Below, one piece after another: positions 13,873 through 27,700 of a stretch of DNA of 64,000 bases. The position numbers and the translations under genes are program-made. The stretch is taken from contig CDMY01000231.1 in assembly GCA_001179505.1 (NCBI GenBank), positions 1-64,000 of the forward strand. Reading direction: 5' to 3'. Within the stretch, counting starts at the first letter, position 1; every line of letters starts with the position of its first letter. This stretch comes from Vitrella brassicaformis CCMP3155. Lineage: Eukaryota; Protista; Chromerida. The notes under the pieces were generated by a model that had not been told where the DNA came from, made no database searches, and saw nothing but the letters and a program-made list of their open reading frames with translations.

Positions 13873-14760
13873 TCATGTGTCGTGTCTTGCCAGCCGCACC
13901 CACCTAGGGTCGATCTGCGGCGGCATTTCCGAGCCCGTCAGTTCACCGGCCGGCCACCCCACGTGTGCCCCCGCCTCTGCTGCTGCTGCTGCTGCTGGTG
14001 GTGGTTGTCCTGCTGATGTCCTGGTCGATGCCCACCCCTGGGACGGCCTGGCGGCTTTTGTGGGTGTGGTGGTGGTGGTTTGTGGGGGCGAGTAGCAGGG
14101 CGAGGGCGTGTCGACAGATGCGACTGGTGTGGGGTGCTGGGTGGCCAGCTTGAAGAAGCGGAAAAGGGTGGAGATGAGGTCGTCCAATGCGGTCAAGTCG
14201 GACAAGACCTGAGAAAGGCAGCGAGAATGATGTCGTTGGTCCCTGCCATCCGTGTGTGCGGCGTGCGCACCTCCTGCAGAAGTGGGTGTATGGTGCTGCC
14301 TCCGCCCGATGGTGACATCATCTGCTCCCTCAGCCTTTTGGACCGCTGCTTGAACTCACGACGCACCAAATACGTCAAACACCGCGACCGACGGCTCCAA
14401 ACACACAAGACACCATACACCCCAACCACACATATATGGACGAGTTCTCCCTCCCTCTCTGCCTGCCTCGACCCTAATCTCTCGCCCTCATTTCTGACAG
14501 CATGAGCTGAGCCACCCGATGTGCCCTGTTGCTAGTGACGCCATCGACAACCTCGCTGTCGATGAGAGAATGGTGGCGCAGCCCATCGACGGAGGAAGAA
14601 GAGGGGTTGCTGGGGGGGCGGGCTCGGTCCGACCGCCGTGATCTCGTCGATCTCCATGGCGTCGGCGTCGAAGGGGCAGGCGTGGTCGCGGATGCTGCCG
14701 ACCGGCACGCTCCCCCACACCTGCAGGTTGGCCAGGAAGGAAGCATCGGAGCGCAAACAC
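13873..14760 (-). CDS. Hypothetical multi-exon protein
   Basis: Exon-like segments SSVDGLRHHSLIDSEVVDGVTSNRAHRVAQL, REFKQRSKRLREQMMSPSGGGSTIHPLLQEVRTPHTRMAGTNDIILAAFLRSCPT and a low-complexity Pro/Ala/Thr tail. Confidence 0.3.
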
Positions 14761-14899
14761 CCTGACAGAGATTGACCAAGACACTCAGATGGAACCGTCT
14801 CTCTCTGTCGTTTGCTGGACTTGTCTCTGGGTTTTCTGTCTCTGGGTATTCGGCCGAGCAGATCCGGCGGACCGCTCCAGAGGCGCCCTCCCCCTCACC

Positions 14900-17720
14900 C
14901 AGCTCGTGTTCCTGGCGAGGGGGAGCTGGGGGGCCACGAGAGGACAGCCGACAGACAGCACGGAGTGCTTTCTCAGAGGGAGATGTTGGTCATGATGCGT
15001 GGAGCACATGTCGGGATGGTGGATATGAAGGCATCCCTTCATTGATTTGTCCTTGCATGGATCCATGCACCGTGTTCATCATCATGACCATTACACGGAC
15101 CACTTGTAACTGTCGATTTTGGGCGGGACGAGTCGTTGACGGCAGCTTTGGCGATCTTTCTCAAAACCACACAACACACATAAAAAGTAGTTCCATCCAT
15201 TGCCCGCACACTTCTCAGCACAGCAGCAGCGCACAGCAGACCCCAACACCTCAGGGGCGTCCAGGACGAGCGAAAAAGACGGTGAATTCGAAAACGGCAC
15301 CAGAATCGGGGAACGCACCAAGACAAACAGAGACTCACAGGCCGATGGCCAGGCTTGGCAGCCCTGCCTGGCCACACGAGCGCATGCGTTCCTCAGCGAC
15401 CCAGCGCGCTGGGGCTCGAACACACCCAAATTCTACCACTAGACACCCTGCCTGGCTACAGATGCTCGGATGGACACATCGATGCATCGAGAGACACCCA
15501 GATCGGATCAGACAGACACGCACTGTATGTGGTGTGCTGTTGGCTTATCATGGGGTCTCAGGCCATCACAGCCGCACCGCTACAAGTGGTGTGTGAGAAG
15601 AATGTAGTTGATACAGTCTGTCTGCCTGCCTGTCTGCCTCGCCTCGGACAGACACCGACACACACCAAAATGACCGACAAAAACGACTTAGGGGTTTGGG
15701 GTGTAGGGCAGCCACTCATTCATACACTCGAGTAACCAATATCGATACACTCCACTCCATCCATCCATCCAAACCAACAATCAATCAGAGAGGCCCCACC
15801 CTTCAGTCTGTCTGTTTCCTGCCTGCCCCCGGAAAGGGGAGCCTAGAGATGCGAAGATTATGAGGCTGACAGACAGAGAGGGGCATAGAAAGAGGAGAGA
15901 AGAGGTGGAACAGCGGCTCTGAGACGTCGGGAGAGCGAAGAATGACGGAAGGGCACCGAGAAAGAAAGGCGGCCAGACAAGCGGACAGCAAGAGGGACTC
16001 AGCCAGACGCACGATAGAAACAGCATGACAAAATTAGCGACATTGACAAAAACCGCGTTAAAAGAAACAACCGCAGATAGAGACAATGCAGCAACGACAA
16101 TCCCATGACAAAAAGTCGCATGCACACATTCGCAGACAGGTCAAAACAGCGCAAGATGAAAGGAAGTACCCATTCAGCAGAGAGTAGGTCAGTCAGAGGG
16201 TGTGTTTCGGTTGATGCGCATGGCCGGCCCGCCCGCATAGATCAGATAGATGGGAGCCATGCAGGCAGGCAGGCAGGTTCAATTACTTACCTGGCTCTGC
16301 TCGCCTCGCTAGCCAGAAGAGATCAACATACAGCCTCGCTCAATCGATCGATTGCTTAAACGTTCAGGACACACACAGACAGCGAGACAGAGAGAGAGAC
16401 AGACAGACGGACAGACAGACAGACAGGGAGACAGACAGACGGACAGACAGACAGGGAGACAGACAGACTAGATACACTATCCCTCTCCATCTGCCCGGCC
16501 CTCTTACACCGCAATACATCCATACNNNNNNNNNNNNNNNNNNNNNNNNNNNNNNNNNNNNNNNNNNNNNNNNNNNNNNNNNNNNNNNNNNNNNNNNNNN
16601 NNNNNNNNNNNNNNNNNNNNNNNNNNNNNNNNNNNNNNNNNNNNNNNNNNNNNNNNNNNNNNNNNNNNNNNNNNNNNNNNNNNNNNNNNNNNNNNNNNNN
16701 NNNNNNNNNNNNNNNNNNNNNNNNNNNNNNNNNNNNNNNNNNNNNNNNNNNNNNNNNNNNNNNNNNNNNNNNNNNNNNNNNNNNNNNNNNNNNNNNNNNN
16801 NNNNNNNNNNNNNNNNNNNNNNNNNACCCCCCCCCCCATCCATCTCTCCCTCTCAGCCCACCACGAACAGGCCGGGCAGAGAGAGCAATCCATCCATCCA
16901 TTCTCGTGTCAGTCAAGCACCCCCGCTCCCCACCCTCCCTCCCTTTGTTCCCACGACTGACTAGTGGTACCTGCCGACCAAACCACCTGGCTGGCATATT
17001 TGAGTAAGCATAAGACACACTCCCTCCTCTCTCCCTCCCTCCCTCCCTCCCTCCCTCCCCCGCGAATTCACCTCAATCAAAACACAAAAGCGGTCATCCA
17101 CACGGACGCACTCACGCATTCACTCGAACCAAAAACGGCATAGGGGTGCAGTCAAGTCAAGAGCCTGCCAGCCCGCCAACGTGTGCGAATCCCCACCTCT
17201 CCGTCTTTCACGCACAGACATCCATCCATCCATCCATGGGTGTGCCTCACGAGTGCAGGCAGCAGCAGCAGCAGCAGCCCACGAGACAGGTCGGTCCATC
17301 CATCCATCCATCCATGTAGCACCACACCACACCACAGCACCACGGTAAATAAACCATCGTCCGTCGGTCGGCCGGTCAGGCACAATGGATGCACAACGAG
17401 GTGAGCTAGTCATCCATCCATCCACCCATCCATCCCAGGTATTCGTCATGTGTGTCCATTCGATCATTCAGACATGCGAAATCGCCCATGTGGTTTGTGT
17501 GTACACGTGAGTGGGGAGGGGGAGAGTGCAGCAGTTGGGGGCCATCGGGGAGAGAGAGACAGCCGCCAACCATTGACAGGAGACGTGTGCAATCAAGCCA
17601 TTTCAAAGTGGGAAAATGCGAAAAAAGCATAGTGCGTGCATCCATTCGCCAGCCATCCATCCATCCGTCGACCGACCGACTAGCCATCCATCCATCCATC
17701 CACACAACTAGAGGCCAAAA
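14900..17720. repeat. Direct repeat block, copy A (contains an N gap)
   Basis: Long near-identical tracts shared with 20740-22930, e.g. ATGCAGCAACGACAATCCCATGACAAAAAGTCGCATGC at ~16086 and ~21784, and CACTCGAACCAAAAACGGCATAGGGGTGCAG at ~17121 and ~22532. Confidence 0.85.
16526..16826. other. Assembly gap (~300 N)
   Basis: Run of N; the same size as the other gaps, so probably a placeholder of unknown true length. Confidence 0.99.
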
Positions 17721-17904
17721 AGGCAAAGCTTGCCTCTCATGGACGCTACTATCCATCCATGCAATGATCATAAAGAAATCAAAACAAAAAAGCACCGCAC
17801 TCACCCCCACACACACAGAGGCCTCCCCTCACACACACGCGCGCGCACACGCGCACACGTATGAATTCGGCTGCTCATCTCTCTCTCATCCGCCGCTGGC
17901 GAGT

Positions 17905-20100
17905 CTAGCCCTGAGTGCGTCCCGGTCGCGTGCCGCAGCAGTGGTCTTCTTGACCACCTTGGCGCGCATCATGTTTGTCCTGCTTGAGGTGGTCGATGCT
18001 CTTGTGGAACTGAATGCCCTCCAACTTGTCCACATACAGACAGGTGCGGGCCGTCACAAACAACGCCTGCAGGACACACACACGATGTATGCATGACTGT
18101 GCATGTGCGTGCGTAATGTCCCCGCACCTTCCAGATGGGCGTCGGGTCGTATCTGTACAGCGGCCCCAGCAGCTTCTTGAGCGCCACCGTCGCCTCTTTG
18201 GCGTGATAAAAGGGAATCCTACAAACAATGCACAGACAGAGAGAGGGACACACAGCCTCACTCACTCCACAGACGGTCATGTCGTTTGTTTTCCACTAGC
18301 TAGCTTTAGGTGTGTCTGTGTATACATCATACTTAGGATCGAGGTGGTGCATGACGTGTGTGCTGCCGATGTAGTGGTGCAGCTCATCCACCACCCAGGG
18401 GTAGGGACGGTCGATGGTCGACAGAGCGCCCCGCAGCCACGTGAAGGCATCGTCGCCATAGTGCGGGCAATCTGCACTCAAGTCAACACGTACGTACAGA
18501 GGGAGGGAACCGATAGAGAGAGACATCCACAGTCCTGGCTGCCTGTCTGCCTGTTCGTCTCTCATACCAGGGTGTGTGTGTGTGAGCCACGTGATGAGCA
18601 CCAGCCATGCGTTGACGACGAGGTACGGACCCACATACCACTGAAGCGGCAGCCACCTGCACACACACACACACACACATCCACCCACTGATTGCCATCA
18701 GTCAGTCCATCGACCAGCCCGTCCCTCCCTCCCTCCCTCCCTCCCTCACCATGACGTCATGGCCCCCCAGATGATGTTTGCGGCGATGACGACCCCGCAC
18801 CCCAGCCCCGATGCCGTCACCTTCCATCTGAAGTGCGGCGGGAACCTCTCGTTGTCGGGGCCGTAAAAATGGCTGACCGGACCATTGGCCGCGTCGAGGG
18901 GCTCGCCCCTCCAGTTGACGCGGCCGCCCCCGACGGTCGACGTCAGGTACATGGGGTAGCCCATGATGAAATACAACACGATCTCTACGATGGCGAACGC
19001 ATCCTCACCAATCAAGTCACTGAGATGAGAGAGGAATGAATGGGCAACCGTATGTATCATGAGAATGGGAATGAGCTTGTGTGAGCGTGTTCGTTTGTTT
19101 GTTTGTTTGTTTGTTGTCTTACGCCATTTTGGTGAGTTGGAATGTGTTGTTTGGCGAGTGGACCTCATCCTTGAGCTCCGGTGTGTACGACTCGCCGCGC
19201 GTGATGTGGTTGGTGAACTTGTGGTGCTTGGCGTGTGTGTACTGCCCGCTGAAGTAGGGCACCAGCAGACAGCTGTGCACTAGGAACCCCACAGTGTCGT
19301 TGATGGCCGTCGACTCAGAGAACGCTCCGTGACCACACTCGTGCGCAATGCTCCACGGACCGAACGCTATCGTGCCCTGCATCACATCAACCAGCGTCAT
19401 CAGCAAGCATCATGGTGCGGTTACCTGTATGGTAGGTGGTAAGTGTGTGTGCCTGGCTCACTCACTTGCACGATGGCGTATGTGATCCACGCGAGTGTCC
19501 TCAACACCCAGCTGTGGCCGCACACCAGCGGGACGAGGTGGTACGTCAGCCATGCAGTCACCGCCAGGAAGAGCACATCGCGACTCAGGTACAACTGCAC
19601 GACGGCACGGCCCGGCACGCACACCAGATAGATGTGTCTGTCGGTGGTGGTGGTGGCTGGGCGCTATGCTCATTGACTGACCAGTCCAGTGACGGCAGAT
19701 CTCTGGCGGCAGTGGGGGGGGATGGCGTCAAAGATCTCCTTCACCGTAGGCACCTGGGAACACACACACGGACATGTCATGTGCACTGCACTGACTGATG
19801 ACTGACGCCCTCCCCCTACTCTGCTCGCCTCCCTCTGCATATATCGCACCCACCTTTGGCAGGTCCTCTTTGGCGTCCACCAAGTCAAGCGGGGAGGCCA
19901 CAGCGTCCACGTAGCTGCTATCGCTCCTGGGTGCACAGACCACACACCAAAGAGGGGAGGGGACGTTTCTGCTACACTGCTGCAGAACCAACGAGCCACT
20001 GGTGCTCACCTGGCAGACCGAGTGATGACCCTTTTATCCTCGGCGCTCGACAGGGGCTGTCTGCACATGTGTGTGTTTGCCTGGATGGACGTTCTGTCGG
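17905..20100 (-). CDS. Delta12/omega3-type (FAD2/FAD3-like) membrane fatty acid desaturase, about 9-10 exons
   Basis: LPK|VPTVKEIFDAIPPHC; His boxes WSIAHECGH, YTHAKHH and LHHYIGSTHVMHH; also WLTHTHP|DCPHYG, TWLRGALSTIDRPY and IPFYHAKEAT. Exon phases can be joined without stops. Start codon not fixed. Confidence 0.9.
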
Positions 20101-20739
20101 TTGAACGCTGCGAGGGCGGGTTGCGCCTGAGAGCCGTTGCGAGTTGGTGCCCGGTGGCGGTTGAGATGGATGCGACGAGGGTTTGGGACCTAACAAACCC
20201 TAGTAGGATCCTTCGGCAAAGCCTAGGTGCTCGCGTCTGGCGTGGAGGCTGTCTCCGTGTGTAGTAGCCAGACCAAGCTGTCCCTGTGTAGTAGCGGCCG
20301 CTAACCGTCCATCTATCTATCCTCTACTTCGCATTCGCATTCGCATGGCTCTAGGGTGCGAATAACTTTCTCCACCCATCATTCCGCAACACTGGCGCCT
20401 GGAGGCTCTCCCCGTCGTCACGAACCTGACACCCATACGGTAATACACACATGACGGACCCAACCACCACCAAGGCAGGCACGTGAGGCTGAGGCAGCAA
20501 GCCAGATCTGAGGTATGAAGCGCCGGTGGTGACCGAGATGGACCATCTCGTGGTGGACACGTGGTGGCGGAGGCCGGAAGGCACCGCGATTCCGGCGTGG
20601 TGGTAATGAAGGATCTGGCTTGGTCTGGGCGGGAGGCGTCGTGCTGGGGTAGTTCTCTGGCTGAGGTGGTCGGTCAGCGTTGGAGGAGGTAGTTCCTCCT
20701 TCGATAGCTGTGTACAGGTCGTGTTTGTGTGGTGTGCAG

Positions 20740-22930
20740 GCTAGTGGCGATAAGAGAGGGGAGGGGGCGCTGGAGGGCCACGAGAGGCCAAGCACGGAGT
20801 GCTTTCTCTGTCAGATCTATGGTCCCTGCCACGTTAGTGAGGCGTTCTGGAGGAGATCTTGGTCATGGTGCGTGGAGCACATGTCGGGATGGTGGTTCTG
20901 AGCATCATGGCGATTGGCGCACATGATGGCGACGGAGATCTGGCGTTTCATGGTGCCGTGGGCACATGTTCGCCGTGTGCATTCCTGACCCGACTGCGTC
21001 GTGGGCGAGTGGGTTTTCTCTCTCTTCCCTTATCATTTGCTGATGGCTAGATTGGTCATCGATGGTGGTGCGCGTGTTGCGACTACTGACAGATGGGATA
21101 CATGGTGTGGACGGCACAGACTTGTGTCCATATACGTGTGTATCTGAAGGCTCATCCCTTCATTGATTGGTCCTTGCATGGATCCATGCACCGTGTGTCA
21201 TCATGCACACAACACCCACACGGACACGCACAGGCCGATGGCCAGGCTGCGCAGCCCTGGCTGGCCACACGAGCGCATGCGTTCCTCAGCTGACCCCGCT
21301 GGGGCTCGAACACACCTCCCAACATGCACCGAAATGACCGACAAAAAACGGCTTAGGGTTTATGGTATAGGGCAGCCACTCATTGATACACTCGAGTAAC
21401 CAATATCGATACACTCCACTCCACCCATCCATCCATCCAAACCAACAATCAATCAGAGAGGCCCCACCCTTCAGTCTGTCTGTTTCCTGTCTGTCCCCAA
21501 ACCCATGACCATGGGGAAGGAGTAGCGAGGAAAAGGGAGCCTAGAGATGCAAAGATTATGAGGCTGACAAACAGAGAGGGGCATAGAAAGAGGAGAAAAG
21601 AGATGGAACAGCGGCTGTGAGACGTCGGGAGAGCGAAGAATGACAGAAGGGCACCGAGAAAGAAAGGCGGCTAGACAAGCGGACAGCAAGAGGGACTCAG
21701 CCAGACGCACGATAGAAACAGCACGACAAAATTAGCGACATAAACAAAAACCGCGTTAAAAGAAACAACCGCAGATAGAGACAATGCAGCAACGACAATC
21801 CCATGACAAAAAGTCGCATGCACACATTCGCAGACAGGTCAAAACAGCGCAAGATGAAAGGAAGTGCCCATTCAGCAGAGAGTAGGTCAGTCAGAGGGTG
21901 TCTTTCGGTTGATGCGCATGGCCGGCCCGCCCGCATAGATCAGATAGATGGGAGCCATGCAGGCAGGCAGGTTCAATTACTTACCTGGCTCTGCTCGCCT
22001 CGCTAGCCAGAAGAGATCAACATACAGCCTCGCTCAATCGATCGATTGCTTAAACGTTCAGGACACACACAGACAGACAGCGATGTAGAGAGACAGAGAG
22101 ACGGACAGACGGACAAACGGACACAGATTAACAAAGACAATAAACACGTTCAGGACACACCCAGACAGACAGACAGACAGACAAACGGACAGACAGACAG
22201 CGATATAGAGAGAGAGAGAGAGACACAAATGAACAAAAACAAGATACCTGCTCCCCCCACCCTCCCACACCCTCATCTAATGGCACGAACGGGTGCACAG
22301 GCCGAAAGAGGCCGGCAACAGCGAATGGAGCGATCAATAGACTCGTACGCACAGCCGGGCAGACAGACAGGGAGACAGACAGACAGACTAGATACACTAT
22401 CCCTCTTCATCTGCCCGGCCGACTCACACCGCAATACATCCATACATGCCCCCCCCTCCATCTCTCCCTCTCAGCCCAGCCCAGTATGCACACCACGAAC
22501 AGGCCGGGCAGACAGGCAGACAGATTAGATACACTCGAACCAAAAACGGCATAGGGGTGCAGTCAAGTCAAGAGCCTGCCAGCCCGCCAACGTGTGCGAT
22601 TCCCCACCTCTCCGTCTTTCACGCACAGACATCCATCCATCCATCCCAGATATTCGTCATGTGTGTCCATCCGATCATTCAGACATGCGAAATCACCCAT
22701 GTGGTTTGTGTGTACACGTGAGTGGGGGAAGGGGAGAGTGCAGCAGTTGGGGGTCATCGGGGAGAGAGAGACAGCCGCCAACCATTGACAGTAGACGTGT
22801 GCAATCAAGCCATTTCAAAGTGGGAAAAAGCGAAAAAAGCATAGTGCGTGCATCCATTCGCCATCCATCCATCCATCCGTCGACCGACCGACTAGCCATC
22901 CATCCATCCACACACAACTAGAGGCCAAAA
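20740..22930. repeat. Direct repeat block, copy B
   Basis: Same-orientation homologue of 14900-17720 with indels. Confidence 0.85.
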
Positions 22931-24724
22931 TCCACGACAAGATTGCTTGATTGGTCCCTACCTGATGTGGGTGGGGAGCTATCCAAAGAGACGAAAAGAG
23001 CCTCCATGCAATCAAGGCTTTGCTGCGTGCTGTCTGTCTGTCGTGGCGTGTACATATGTGTGGGCGATGAGGGCCGCAGCCGGTCTGGCACTAAGGGCAT
23101 TCTTTCATGCATGCATATCATTCATGTCATGTCAGGTATCAAAGGGGGGAGGGGTAAAGGCACAGCACAGCACAGAGAGAGTGTATGTATGGTCATGTCA
23201 TTATGTATATCATCTGTACTTCTGTATACTCGCACGGCACATGCACATGTACATGTCTGTAAGTAGTGCATCCAGGCATGGTGAGCACGTGAGCACGTGA
23301 GTGAGTGAGTGAGCGAGAAACCCTGCCAGCAGGAGGACTATTCCCTCTTACACGTACGTGCGTACGCTTAATTGCACCATCAGCAGCGACACACAACCAA
23401 CCAACCAATCAATCAACCCAGCGCGACAACACGACACGACACGACACGACACGACACACACACCATGGGCAGCAGAGAGAGAGGGAGCGACGAGCGAAAA
23501 AGTTAGGTGGGCGGTGGGTGTACGTATCCAATGCACCATCCATCCCATCTGCTGTGAGTAACGAAATATGAATGGCCAACAAACCAACAACAAAGTTACG
23601 ACGAATGGACGGATCCATGTCAGTAAGCTAGGGGTCCTATCGACTCCTACGAACCAACCAACAACCATCAACCAGAGAGCGAGCGAGAGAGAGCATCGTA
23701 GTCACCCAGCTGTCTGGCCGCCTGAGTATCTATCGGTCGACATACACAGACAGACAGACAGACAGATGCCGGGCGTGGGAGATGAGTGAGAGAAACAGAT
23801 GGAGGCGGAAAAAGAGTGTGCGGTGAGGCGTGACACAACAAACATGTCTCGCTTGCTCGCTCGCTCGCTCGTCACGGTTCTTGTGCGGTGGCTGTGTGTA
23901 CACATTATACACAGCCACGAATAGCAATGATACAGATGAGTGTGAGTGTGTATGCCGGTCAGCATATATATATATGGGTACACAATGACAACGGCACGAA
24001 CGAGAAAGATGGAGAAATATGTAGGTCGGTGCGGTGGGCTGGTGGGTCGACACAACGAATGCACAACTTGTCTTCCCTCGCTCGCCCGCCCCTTGTGTGT
24101 GAGTGTGTGAGTGTGTGTGTGCGATGGTGTGATATATGCGATGTGGCCCCATGACGCAAAATACACACCCCACACATGTGATATCTATCGACTTGCTCCT
24201 CACTCACTCACTCACCTGCTGACTTCCTCCTCGCCCCGCCCCCCTGCACGAGACATCAAATCAAATGAATAGCATGTATGCATGCATGCATACAACTGCG
24301 GACCCACGCACGCACACTCACACTCATGCAAATGTCACGTAGTAGTATAGTGTAGCACATCCATAGGGGCATGTACATACGTATGTACGTATGTACACAT
24401 GTGCTCACGTACTCATTCATGTGTATAAACCATCCACGTCACTCACTCACTAACGCACACACCACCACCCACCCACCCAAATAGTCAGTCAATAAGTCAG
24501 TCAGTAAGTCAGTAAGTCAGTCAGTCGCCAAGTGTCGGTTACAAAACGATGACACCACAGCACAGAACAGCAGGCAGGTCGACAGGTATATGTCAGACAT
24601 CCATATGGCAATCCATCCATCCATCCATCCACGCTATCACATCACATCCACTTGCGATCGATCCATCGGCCACGCATGCCATGCATGCGATCGATCGATC
24701 ATATCCTTCATCACCCACCATCAC

Positions 24725-27700
24725 TCACTCCTCGTCGCACTCGTCCACCCGCATCAGGATCGACAACTGCCTGCTCAACTCAATGGCCCGCTCGAGTGCT
24801 CGGGGGGACACCTTTGCTCGGCCTTGCTCGCCAGACGCACACGAGATGAAGAGGTCGTGTGCACTGGGCCACTCGGCGCGCCTCAGATCCTCCTGCAGAT
24901 GGGCCGTGGAGATCATCAGGTGGTCGCGGGGCTCGTGTGGGGGGCACCAGTGAGAGGTAAAGCGCTGCAGACAGACAGAAAGAGGGATGTGTGTGGAGGG
25001 AACTTCGTGGTTTGGTTTGTGTGTGTGCTTCGGTGGCGTGCGTACGTGTACGAGTGGCATGAGTGGGTAGAGAGGTGATGCCGCGCCCCTCTTCTTGATG
25101 GTGGCGAGGAAATGGTCCACCGACACCGACTTCAGCGGCACACCCAAGTCGCCGAGCCAATGCTCGCGCTCAGAACTGATCGTCCACAAACAAACAGGTA
25201 GGTACACACAAACAACGAATGCACTCCGCCCTCCCTCCGTGTTGTCTCTCTCTAGTGTGTGCTGTGCTGTGTCCGTACTTGGTGATGAGCTCTGGGTTGG
25301 CGAGATGGTAGACCCAATGGCGACGCTTCTCGGTCAAACACAGCCGGACCTGCACAGACACGACATGGACACAAGAACAACGAATGCATCGCGTCCACTC
25401 ACTCCCTCACTCGTCTAGGCACACTCTCTCCTCTCACCATACCATCATGGCAGCGACGACATCCACGGGGGTCGCCAGAGGCGCTTTCACGACGGGCGGC
25501 ATCTCCCCCTCCTCGAGCATTGCCATCATCAGCGCCCCGCCCACGTGCCTCTCGTCCACGTAGCCCGTCATCAGGCTCGTCATGCCGCTCGGCACTCGGT
25601 AGATGGTGCACGGCAGGCCCCTCGCCCGCGCCTTCTTGAGCACCTGCTCCGTCGACCAGTTGGTCCACGGGAGGCCGAATTGCTCGGGTGGGCAGACCTC
25701 GCGCAGGCGCTTGGTGTCGAGGGTGGTGGCCTCGCGGAGCTCCTTGCCCTGGCCAAGGACGTACTCGGGGAAGAGGGTGAGGGACGACACAAAGTGGAGG
25801 GGCTTGAGCTTGCTGGTGGTGCACAGCCGCACGATCTCCTTCATCGCGAAGGTGTTCTCGCGCAGGCGGTCGTAGCTCTGCATGAACGACTGGCCGTTGG
25901 CGAAGCCCGTGTGGAAGACCAGGTCGATCCGCTCGCACAGCTCGGCAAAGAAGTGCTCGGCCAGGTGGTTGGGCTTGAGGCCGAGATGCCGCCGCGTCAC
26001 GTGGCCGGGCACGATCATCAGCCGGCTCTGGTACTCGTCCTTCCAGATGCCCGCTTCCTGGCACGCCTCACGCACCTGCCGCAGACCCTCCTCGTCGCTG
26101 TTGGTCTGCACCAGGCAATGCACCGTCAGCCGCTCCTTGGCCTGCAGCAGCGCCACGGTGAGGAACCGGCCCACTGCTGACGTCGCGTCCGTCACGAGCA
26201 CGTGTCTGCTCTTGCGGGGTTGTGGGTGGGGGGCAGGGAGGGAGGCGACGTCGAACTTGAAGCTCTTGGCCACCTTGTTGACGTCCGTCTCGGGGTCCCT
26301 CTTCCTAGTGGTGCCGTCGTCCGTCGCGTTCGAGCCGCTGCTCTCGGTGTTGTTGGTGGCGCCGTCCCTGTGCCCCGAGAAGGGGGCGATGGGCTCCATG
26401 ACGCCCTCCTGCTCACGTTTGGCCACCAGCTGCCCAGCCAAAGCGTCCAGCGAGGGGTTGTCGAACATAGACGAGGGCGGCATGTCGATGCCCGTCATCC
26501 GCCGCACGTGCTCGCTGAACTCGGTCATGCCGATCGAGTCGAGGCCCAGATCGAGCAGTCTGCCGGAGGGCGACGGCCGCTCCTCCCCACCCACCACCGA
26601 GTGGGCGACGGACGCCAGGGAGTCGGCCAGGGCGGTCTTGCCCGTGTCGTTGGTGGATGAGGGTCGGAACGGGTCGGTGGGCGATGTGGGCTGCACGGAT
26701 GAGGCACGAGTGTCGGTGGAGGAGCGGAAGCTGGAGGGGGTGAGGGTGGAGGGGGTGAGGGTGGAGAGGGACCGTGTCGAGGCGTCGGTGAGGACCGACG
26801 GGCAGGGCGCGTTGCGGGGCGTGGACTTGGCGGTCTTGACGACGGTGTCTGCTGGTGCTGCTGCCGTGCAGAGGTCTTCGCACCACATGACGCCGCCCTT
26901 GCCGTTGGCCCGACTTCTTTGGAGCATCTGCTTGGCCTTGCTCCGCTGCAACTTGCCCGAGGTGGTCTTGGGCAGGACGCGCGGCTTGAGCAGCCAGATC
27001 TGCTGCACGGGCAGACCCACCTTCATGCTCGCCGCACGGGCCACCTCCTCTGCGATCGTCCGCAGCACCGCGTCCTTGTCGCCATGGCGATCCGTCGTGC
27101 ACGCCAGCATCGACACAAACCGACCAAACCCGCCAAAGTGCCGCCTGCTCGCCCTCTTGCTGCTCCCCTTGGCCCCACCCGCCATGGCCAGCGCCCTGAC
27201 CCCCTCCGGCCGCAGCTCACATGCGATGCCCATGCCCTCTCCCTGCTCGCTCTCCACGGGGAAGGCCGCGCAGCAGCCGGGTCGCACGACGTCACACTTG
27301 GCCTCGATGGCCTCCTCGATGTCCTGAGGGATGTACTTGCGCCCCCTGACGATGATCATGTCCTTGGCGCGGCCGGCGATGAAGAGCTCGCCCTTGTAGA
27401 GGAAGCCGGTGTCGCCGGTCCGCAGGAAGGGCCCTTGCTGCTCGGGTGCGTTGGTGGTGCCCGAGAGGGTGGCCCGGAACGTCTGATGGGTCTGCTCCGC
27501 CATGCCGAAGTAGCCCTTGGCCGTAGAGGGAGACGACAGCCACACCTCACCCACCTGGCCCTCGGGAAGCAGGTGGTGGGTGGACGAATCCACTATCGCA
27601 ACTGATGGATGGATGGATGAAGGAAAAAAGAGAGAGAGCACATGAGGGCAACTCAGTGGGCTTGTCTGTGTGTGTGTGTGGGCATACCAGTAGTGTCGGT

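Noticed and set aside
22930-24700. ORFs between repeat copy B and the FAAL gene end
   Set aside because: Low-complexity simple repeats only.
25545-27605. Long plus-strand ORFs (e.g. 481 aa at 25882-27327) opposite the FAAL gene
   Set aside because: Antisense shadows of GC3-rich coding sequence; no motifs.
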